Position numbers and translations under genes: made by a program. A stretch of 58,537 bases of DNA, the filler included, from Sphacelaria rigidula (lineage: Eukaryota): the NCBI GenBank assembly GCA_964200075.2. It is 7 parts of 7 records of this genome, joined end to end, with 100 filler letters (N's around TTAATTAATTAA, not from the genome) between each part and the next. Parts side by side here need not be neighbours in the genome. Positions count along the whole stretch, not along the records: positions 41,886 to 50,161 come from CAXNAA020011685.1; positions 50,262 to 58,537 come from CAXNAA020011686.1; 5 more parts are not named here. The stretch is one strand, 5' to 3'. Below, piece after piece: positions 49,356 to 58,537 of the stretch; the first letter of the stretch is position 1; each line of letters begins with the position of its first letter. The notes under the pieces were generated by a model. That model was not told the DNA's origin. It made no database searches and was given only the letters and a program-made list of their open reading frames with translations.

Positions 49356-50161
49356 CAAGAAGGCAAGAAGGAAAATGATAATGGAATGATGATAATTGAG
49401 GTACGTCAAACTCGAGGTTACCGATGAATTTAACTGTAAATTACTGTGAAATATACCGGGAATCTCGAGTTTATATACTACTGTACCTCCAATGATGATG
49501 ATATATAACGCTTCACAACTTCATTATCGCGAGAAGTCGCCCGCCTTTCGTATCGAAGCAAAACGATGATGATGAAAATGATGATGAAAGTGTGATGACG
49601 GTGACAAGAACAAGACACAAACAGACCAGGGATCCCATCAGGGCGGCTATCAAGCGCAAGGTGCATGGGCATCGTTGCACGGTCGAAACGCGGACCGCCT
49701 CCCGCACGAGGAGGAGAGGCAGCAGCAGCAGCAGCATCTTTACTACGAGCAGCTGTGCACAGCTGCGGGCGGAGCTGAATCAACCGGTGCCGATGCTGCT
49801 GCTGTTGCTCTTACTACCTGCCGATGAGCCCATGCTGGCTCGCTCGGCGAAGTGCTGGGATATTTAGCTGTGCGCGTCTCCCTTTGGGAACTGTGCACGT
49901 CGGGTGTGTGTTCCACGCGTGGCTAATGCTGAGGCCCTGTCTCGGCACATTTTTTTTATCGAAAAAGTGCGATGGAAAATGAATATTTCGATCTGATAGG
50001 TCCACGGGGTATTTCTCTTCCTATCTGGCTTCAAGTATTTTTCATGATTATTATAGTCACGTACGGACGGAAAGTATAGTGTAACAAAGGTAAGGCCGTG
50101 TCTTACGAGCTGGGCCAGCCCAGAAACGGATTTAACCTGGCAGAGCAATAACTCATCATCG

Positions 50162-50261
50162 NNNNNNNNNNNNNNNNNNNNNNNNNNNNNNNNNNNNNNN
50201 NNNNNTTAATTAATTAANNNNNNNNNNNNNNNNNNNNNNNNNNNNNNNNNNNNNNNNNNNN
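50162..50261. other. Artificial contig linker
   Basis: Same spacer. Confidence 0.98.
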
Positions 50262-50461
50262 ATCTGGGCCAGGGATAGGGCCCCCACACGATTTTTGCAG
50301 TGGCATTACACTCGACAACAATCCCTGCGCTGGTCGTTCGGGTCTGGTCGATAATTTTCGCCCCGCCGTGACTGGGTAGTTCGCTCGAAGACTTATTTTT
50401 AATTCTTTCACCAACACAGGGTCAACCCTGTGTTGGTGGGGGTCCGGTCCCAAAAGGGTCA

Positions 50462-50613
50462 AGGGCAATAATCAGTTTTCAGGTATCAGTTAAATGCCCT
50501 TGACTCATGAAAAAAAACAAAAACCCTTGTGTGCACTGCTATTTGTCCAACTCTGAATATTGGTCGAACAATGGGCCTGCAAGCTACAAATTCGCTTCTC
50601 GGCTGGCCCAGCT
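50462..50613. mobile_element. Partial copy of the hairpin MITE (loop, right arm and right end)
   Basis: TGCCCTTGACTCATGAAAAAA...CCCTTGTGT...AATGGGCCTGCAAGCTACAAATTCGCTTCTCGGCTGGCCCAGCTC matches 44721-44881. Confidence 0.75.
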
Positions 50614-50851
50614 CAGGGCGTGTCTTCGCACTTTTTTTTCGATCGAAAAAACGAGCGATGGAATTGAGTCAAGTGAAAAATTCTGCTCTTGATGCAGTTG
50701 CGCGCATACGGGCAGCTGGCTGCAGGAGGCGTAAAAAAAATATCGCACCTATATGCGCGTTTTATGCGCAATTATATGCGCGTTTCAAGCAGGTTAAGCT
50801 CGCTTCAAGCATACTAAGCTAAATATAAGCGCGATGAAGAGGCATATTTAA

Positions 50852-50949
50852 CCCTTAGACCGCGAGGTTAGTCTTCTGTTGAATCGGCATCAACTTCAAG
50901 TGAAAAAAAGTATGCATGATCCAGGAAGACTAATCTCGCGGTCTAAGGG
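50852..50949. mobile_element. piggyBac-like MITE, 98 bp
   Basis: TTAA|CCCTTAGACCGCGAGGTTAGTCTTC...GAAGACTAATCTCGCGGTCTAAGGG|TTAA. Confidence 0.85.
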
Positions 50950-53086
50950 TTAAGCTCAAAACCCCCAAACTAAGCTCAACTTTATTGCGCGCATACGGAA
51001 CTAAAGCCTACCTCACAACCGCACTCACACGCACTCTTACCGACCAGACGAGGCTAGCAGGCAGCCCGATGGTTGACTTGTACTCGTTTTCATCTGACCC
51101 TGACCGCAACCGTGACCCTTACGAGGGCGTTTCTTAGGGCGTGTCTTAGCACACTTTTTTTCCGTCGAAAAAACGGGGCGGCGGAATCGATTCGGGCGAA
51201 TTTTTCTCGTTTTGATGCAGTTGAGTCCAGATGAATTTTCAAGCTTTCGATCGAAAAAAGACAGTGAAATTCTTGAAATGGTACATGGTCACTCGTGTAC
51301 AGTACAGATAGTCTGTAGTGTCTGCACTGCTTGCAAGCAGTGTCTTGGGGGCGTGTATGCGTGTTTCGTACAGGAGGGTATAAAAGAGAAGCGGGCAACG
51401 TGCAGTGCAGACAGCCCAGGACTATCAGTTCTGCCTGCTTGCAATGCGACGTGAAAAGGACTTAAGCAACGTGCAGCTTTGTACCGCCTTCACTGTCCAT
51501 GAGCGTGCACGCAACTTGGTTGCCCACCGTACCACACAGTTCCGTCGTTAATCCCTACCATGAGAGAAGATGCGCAAGTTCTTGCCAACAAAAACTAAAC
51601 AAAGCACACCCAACTACTGCAGTGTATCTATCTCTGGGATTAACTCGTGCTCTATGATGCAGGGTTGCGGTGGTAGCTGAGAATGAGTCGGATCGAGTTT
51701 GCACGGTCCTGTGAACAGATGTTATCTGGCGTGGTGGTCTGTAAGATAGGAGTCAAGTGCCGCTTCGTGCCTGTCGACCGTATGTTTCCGATCAAAAATG
51801 ACATTTTTTTTTTCTCGAATATTTCCTCCGCGCGCCAGTAATTAAAATCTTGAGTTGCCGCCTTCTGGGAACATAAATGCGGTGGACCTATCAGATCGGC
51901 AAAAAAAAAGTGACCGCACTTTTTCGATCGATAAAAAAGTGCCACGACACACCCCTACCAGCACATAAGTTTTCGATCGAAAAAGTGCGGTGGGAACGAA
52001 AAATTTCAATCTGACAGGTCGCCATTTCAACATGAACGACTTGAACACGAATGACGACCTATCAGATCGGTAATTGTGCGCACTTTTTCGATCGAAATAT
52101 GATTCTCAAAGACTCGACCTTACTATTAGGCCATGTCTTACCGAGACAGAAGAAGATCAGCGACACGAAATAAGCGTCCGGCAGCAGCATGTTGATTCAT
52201 CGCCTCAACCGTGGACCCGCCCGGCAACCAATCAGCATGCTGCTTTTGGACACTTCTTTCGTTCTACGCTTACTTTTGTTTTTCGTCTCCACAAGACAGG
52301 ACCTTACCTCAACGCCTACGTGGAACTCTTGAGTAAAAAGGGGTGCAAAATATTGTCCTCAGCAAAGTGTGCGTTGTTGGAAATCAAATCGATGAATCGC
52401 TGATTTGAGCTAGAGGGCACGCTGGGCACGCCGGGAACTACGTCTGACTGTCATAATAGCCTCATCAAGGTTCCGAGTCTCATTTTCAATACTGAAATCG
52501 ACTACTTGTTCATGATGGTCGCTGTACAAACTCGCGTAAAATCTACTTATTTCAAAGGGCACACAACTACTGTACTATCTCAGGATAGTGCAGTCACGCC
52601 CTGTCTGTTACACGGTTAATCCATCATGGTCCTGCATTGATGCTATAACGTATAAGTACAATAGTACCGTACAGTATAATCTACAAGATAGATATGTTTG
52701 TGGGTCTCCTTCGGAACGTCGGGAAAGTGAGTGACTGCAACTACCCGTGATCATGTTATTCTTGACACCTATAGCGCGCGCCCCTGCCCCACGCGCCAGC
52801 TCCACAAACAACAGGAAGACGGGCGGTAAAACATTTCTTGAACATTTATCGAACACAACAACCACGAAAAATTAGTACGTCAGTGCGTTCAACGCCACCA
52901 AGACCTTGCCTTTTTCACGTGGCATCGGAGCATGCGGTAGTTTCGTCAAAACCAAAATAGCCCCCACGTTCTACCTGGAGAAAAGATACCTGTCCAGAAT
53001 GCTGCGGTCCCCCATCTCGACCTCGCCCCACAAGATAGAGAGCCAAAACTGACCGGAAACTGATATCAAATAATGATGGGCATGAC

Positions 53087-54648
53087 CTTTTCTCGGCTCG
53101 AAATAGTATTTGTTTTGGCTTCAGCCACACCGAATAAGCGAGCGCGGAGCTGCTGTAAATATCTTGAAATGATGCGCACTGTTATGTCGCCTTTATTGCC
53201 CAGAGCAGGAAGAGGAATTTTGCTCGTCGAGAGAACGTCAACAACACGAAAAACACGATACAATGGCCAGTTAGTCGCTTGGTGTTACACTTTCATTGAA
53301 GACACAACACGTCTTCCGTTCCGATAAGTGTATGCTATTAGAGTAAAATTGACGATCTTCGTCCAAGTCTACAGATGGGACCTAAGCAATAGCATCGAAT
53401 ATGGGTGTATCCAGAAACGAAGCAAACTTCCTCTATTCAGAAACTGCTCTTGGACTCGAGAGCCTGAGGTTGCTTCTCATACAAGCACGGATGGCGTAGA
53501 TTTTTTTTCTCCCCGGTAGCCCGGGGGGAGATATGGGTTGATCCTTTGAGACCACGGATTCGTCCCGAGGAAGGGGAGGGGTTAAAATGCGGCAAGTAAG
53601 ATTAGATCAAGAATCGGACGATATAGCGCATATCCTTACGACCCCCAATAACTCCCAAAACACGGTGACGAGTAGGGTCAGCTCCCGTGCATAACGTACC
53701 GACAAACCTATTATAGCAGCACATCAAGTCTTGGGGGCACAACGTGGGCCTGTGACCGTCATGCTGCTGTAGTTGGTGACGGGGGTCAGGTTTGGTCACA
53801 GAGTTGTCGCCTCGCGAAACGCTACTCGCACAAAGTGTACTACGTACAACAGGACAGTATCGAACCGATTGTCTATCGCAGTGGACAAAATATTTGAAAC
53901 TGTACTGTACTATGCAGCATACCTTTTGCCAATGTAACGTGTTGTCCAGGATGTGAAAAAACCCACACCCCTGTACTGAAGTAGTACCCTGACGACATTC
54001 TCTCACCTACGCGATACCGTACATGTAGGCCCACTTACTGTTTCGGCAATACGCACAGCTGTGATCGTGTACACATGTGTGTCTAAGAAAGAGGCAGGCA
54101 GACAGAGACAGAGAACAGAGAGAGGCTAAAATTATGAATGTATACCTGTGTGCTTATTCTCTCACCTGGCCACCCTCACGCCGGCCCATACCCTGAAGGG
54201 CGCGCTCGAGGGCGCCCCCGGCAACGAGGTCGAACAGCTGCAGTTTCGGCATACCTGAGCCGCGGCTATTATCGTTGCTAGCCCACGAGCCGGCGCCCGA
54301 GCTTTGCGTGTTGATGGAACTTCTTGAAGAGCTTGTCTTGGACGTGGTCGTGGCGGCACTAGCACCCACTACAGCTATCGGCGATGGTGTATTGGTGTGT
54401 TTCTGCTCCGCACGACTACGACCGCTCGTGTCGCTGTGGCCGTCCGCTGTTGGTGGCACAAGAGTACTTGTTTCGGATCGCTCTTCTGGCCTCTTCTTTT
54501 TCGGCGGACGCTTGCGGTTGTCGTCGGCGTCCGTGCCGTCGGATCTGGAGGAGGTGGTGGTGACAGCGGCGGCGGCGGTTGCAGTGGCCAGCAGTGGATC
54601 TGGTGTCGGAGAATCATGATCCTCCATGGGTTTTTTTTTTTTTTTCAT
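53087..54648 (-). CDS. Hypothetical protein, 5' exon(s): 54648 (or 54627) to 54166, possible second exon 53152-53087
   Basis: Low-complexity S/T/A-rich ORF with a basic NLS-like RKRPPKKKR, ending ...LFDLVAGGALERALQGMGRREGGQ|gtgaga; in-frame candidate exon tacag|QLRARLFGVAEAKTNTISSREK|gtcat. No family recognised. Confidence 0.5.
53521..53590 (+). repeat. Fragment of SINE family 2 (3' region)
   Basis: CCGGGGGGAGATATGGGTTGATCCTTTGAGACCACGGATTCGTCCCGAGGAAGGGGAGGGGTT matches about 58108-58172. Confidence 0.75.
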
Positions 54649-54764
54649 GTGCTTTGATGTGACACCAGTCGACTCTCAATCAATACCTGTTGTTGGAATC
54701 GGGTGCAAAGTAAAATACGAGCGCGAAGAGAAGAATCTAGCATATTTACAGCCTAGAGTTGTTA

Positions 54765-54870
54765 GCCTGTGACCACGGAGGGCGTCTGCATCACATGCCC
54801 ATTACAGAGTACTGCGCAGATATCGGAATGGTTTTCAATGTGAAGACAAAAACAACAACTGCAACAACAG
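54765..54870 (+). repeat. 5'-truncated copy of the (AAC)n-tailed retroposon
   Basis: GAGTACTGCGCAGATATCGGAATGGTTTTCAATGTGAAGACAAAAACAACAAC. Confidence 0.7.
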
Positions 54871-57800
54871 TATTTTAGTTCCGAGGTTGCCCTCGTAAAA
54901 CAAAGTTATACTCGTGAAAGTTGGATCTGTGCGCGATTGCGCTCAGATACTGTATGCCTACGTGCTGAAGGGGGCAGCCATGACCGAGTGTGTTATAGCA
55001 CTAATTGCTGAGGTGATCAATAACAGTAGACCACGGAAAAGAGCGAGATCAACGTCTTCGCGCGCGAGGACGGCGGGAACGCCAAGGAACACATGTCGTC
55101 GTGAAGGAGATGGGATGGCCGGTGGGTGGGGGGGAGTGGAGAAGAGGCGACTACACGAGGCAAGACTAACATCGACCGCGGGATTGTCACTGGAAATTAT
55201 GGATGATCTGGGCGTTATATGGCTGAGACATAGCCCTGCCCACGCTATACCTGGTATGGGAAACTCACTCAAAACCTAGGGCAAGAATCGACGTTCCCCC
55301 ATGTCTCGTGTGTCTTGGTGAAGTGCTAAACGCGATGGTCGGCTGAAAACGCATGTTAGACCGTGATCGCGGGTTGAGTCTTGAGTCGGGGAGTAATTTT
55401 CCCGAACGGCCCTCGAACAGCGGCCATCATAAGTACACTACCTTGCGGAGCTTCTGTGGTGAATGTAAGCCACAGTCCAGAACGGTGATCCTGGTTCGAT
55501 TGGACAAATGATTAATTTTACTTATCGCAAATAGGCCTACCTCACAGTCCGCTCCCGGCCCCTCCTGCTCTTCCTACCATCCCAGGGTGTTCTAGTGCCG
55601 CGGTACTGTCTGCAGTACTTACTGTATTCTTGACTGTACGTCGACGCTCAGTGACCTTCTGCGACAATCAGTCACAGTCCCGTGAAATACTGCGCACGTG
55701 CTATGGAACAGGCTCCATTTCGAGCAAAGATTATGACATATGTAATTCATCCAACCTACATGTAACCTAGAAGAAACCTTTGCTTGGGGGGTAGGTGCTC
55801 GTCCTACACAGAAGAGGTGAAAGTTTGGGGAGGTGAAAGTTTGGTGGTAGCTCCTGTGAATCTACCCGTGGGGGTAGAAATACGCCGCCAGGCACACCCG
55901 TCGACGCCTTCGAGGTTTGAGCGGGGCCGCAGATACGTGCGTGCTCCCAACAACCGGCTACGCGCCCATAAGTACCAATGAAACATCGAACACGAAGGAC
56001 TACTTTTGTGATCAGTCCACACTTGAGAATCAATGCCTCAGGGCCCCGCAAGGTCTGGAGCGATATCGCAGCATGTATGGCGTGTACACATCTACACACA
56101 CTGAGAGTGATGGGGCGATGCATGTGTGTGTGTGTGAACGTAGGATCGCGAATGGGTGTTTTTCGTATGACCATTGTTGTACGTTCGGTGAGGGAAGTAT
56201 GTGCGAAGAATCAAGCGTCTCGTGATTTGAGGGTTGCAGATCAGCAAGGAATCATAAAGACAGAGAGTTCCAGTGCAGGACAAGTACTACCGGTTACCAG
56301 GACGGTCCCGCCCATATTCTTGATGCTTTTTGAAAAACTTCAAACTCCATGGCGATCTACGTGAGATACCACCTACGAGAGATACCAAGCAATGCTGTAC
56401 GAGAGATACCACCCTCAGGAGCCGCTATTTCTCGATCCACGAGTGTACCATGCAAAATCCCCCCCATATCTTCCCGCCCTACCTCATCAAATCTAACCCA
56501 TCATGAGTTCGCCACTCAGTCGCTAGCCGCAGTAATTAACAGTCTATATGGCATCCCTGAGCCTTGAGCCATCGTCGGGTAACAGAAACACTGAATTATG
56601 ACCACAACGTACAAATGACGGACCTCTACATAAGTGCCGTTGTCGCCTGCGTCCTTCCAACATCAACATCCTTGTTCACACACCGTCTAGCTATTCTTTG
56701 TCGACAAGGTGTGGAGGTTGTAAAACGCTGCACACTGTTCCACTAAATCGTATATTTAAGAGGAGGACGGAGGAAGAGGGAAAAGGGGCCCTGTACCATA
56801 GAAGCCTAGTTCAAGCCTGCTCTTTCCAGGGCAAAAAGAGAGCGACAGCGCGAAAGCCGATAAGCGGGGCGCACCCACATAGGAGAACAACCGAAGGCCG
56901 GGCATCAACATGGCGCTTGAGGAACTGCAAACTACCGTGAGCAAGCTCACATTCAACATATTCGGCTCGGAAACTGATAGGAAGGTGTGGAGAGTATCTG
57001 TCAAGCGTGTAAATGGAACACTGTAGGCGTGCCTACTTCAGTTGACTATGTACTACCGTACCACTATTGTACTGTAAATACTCTACTCAGTGTAATACTA
57101 TAATGTTGTCTGTCAACTGTTCTGGAACGGAATTCTGGGGCTCTTCGAGTGTTGAGCCCTATCTGGACGCCGTCGGTTCGGTAGGTGCACAAAAACCTGC
57201 GTGCATTGACCTCACTTGACCCTGGTTGCCCAAAAGGATTCTGTTGACTTCCTGTCAGGAGTTTCACCCAAAACATCATTATCTATCGATTCTACTGTGC
57301 GGTTTGACCGTGGCGGTTGTTGGTCCAGAGTGTTCAACTTGGACCGGGGTATTTGTCCGCAATGTGGGACAACGAACAAGAACCAGCATGTGAACACATC
57401 CGGCATTACGCATCTACGGCATTCGGGAATGCATTGCATTGCAATGATATAGAGTGAAACCAGTGCAGCACAGCACAGCACAGCACTGCCTGTAATGCAG
57501 TCGGTTACACTATTTAAGATGAAGTAAATATACTTGAAAATGAAACAAAGGGTGGCGATACTTTTCTTGTGAGCGCGTCATCTGCACCCCTCACATGCCC
57601 GGTCCGCGAGCTATTCCCAAGAATTCCCCACACAACGAGCTAAGCCTCAGTAAAAAGCACCAGAAATAATCAATGCTACAGTACCGTACTGTAGCCCAAA
57701 TATCATTGATCGGTGCGACACGTTCAGTGACATTTTGGTTCTCTTCAACAACAGTGTACCCGCACACTGTACTGTGCACTTGCGACCTTCGGGCCCTTTT

Positions 57801-57960
57801 GAACTAAATAAGAGACGTGAATCACCCCGCTATGGGAGTGATATTCTGGCGTTTTTTTTGTCCCTCCAATTGGTTGCCCGCTAGCTCTTACAGTCTTGCT
57901 CCATGGGAAAAAATCGGAACAGAATCCGACATATTTTCGCCCCAATACGCACCCACACAC

Positions 57961-58175
57961 TTTTTTTTCTTCGTAATGTATCATGTATCATTTCCACCGT
58001 GAAAAGCGTGAGAACGTGAGTAAACAAAGTAGTCAAGTTTGTGTGACGTGAGTTGACGCGGTGCGGGACTGCTGGCACAATCCGCGAGACAAAAATGAAA
58101 GGCACGTACCGGGGGAGAGATGGGTTGATCCCTTGAGACCACGGACTCATCCCGAGGAAGGGGAGGGGTTCAAAG
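57961..58175 (+). mobile_element. SINE family 2 body and 3' region
   Basis: TCCACCGTG.AAAGC..AACGTGAGTAAACAAAGTAG..TTTGTGT.ACG.GAGTTGACGCGGTG..CAATCCGCGAGAC matches the reverse complement of 41886-42010. Confidence 0.75.
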
Positions 58176-58537
58176 TGTGAGGGGGAAGAAAAAAAAGAGT
58201 GCGTAACCCCAGATTCAGAAAGATGAGGTTGTTGTCCGTTGTCTACATGACATGTGGTCGAAGTTTCAGCGCGTAAAAGCACTGAAAGCGCTTGCACGGC
58301 CGTGCCTCCGGAAGTGAGCACCTCTACAGACGATATCAAGATGTGTACCGCGTAGAATGACATCATCGTAAGTGTGCCCAATACGGATGGATGTTTGTTT
58401 GCCGGGGCAGGAGCCACCCAGCAGGTCATCATGTGGAAGTGAGCGCATCTGCGTGTCGAAATATGCATCCACTGAGGTCGCTTCTTATAATAGACAAAAA
58501 TAAAAACCCGGAAAAATGTATTTTTGGAGCTTTTATG

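Overview
Eukaryotic, intron-rich, repeat-rich DNA, most likely from a brown alga or related stramenopile (inference from intron style and gene content). The window is not one locus. It is seven unrelated contigs of 8277/8276 bp joined by artificial N44-TTAATTAATTAA-N44 linkers, so gene order across linkers is meaningless. Genes rebuilt by hand from splice sites: a small SET-domain methyltransferase gene (5 exons, one GC-AG intron), the 5' exons of eIF3j, 21 internal exons (847 codons) of an axonemal outer-arm-type dynein heavy chain (linker plus AAA1, one GC-AG intron), the first exons of an ankyrin-repeat gene and an ammonium transporter lying head-to-head, and a low-complexity first exon of an unknown gene. 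The rest is transposon-derived: a decayed Ty1/copia element, a LINE 3' fragment, tRNA-headed SINEs and other retroposon tails ending in microsatellites, and non-autonomous TIR elements with TA, TTA, TTAA, 4-bp and about 6-8-bp target duplications. I found no convincing new multi-gene system. The most unusual signals are a hairpin MITE whose central loop occurs in both orientations, a minisatellite-filled TIR element, and a minimal SET gene that the ORF track does not show.
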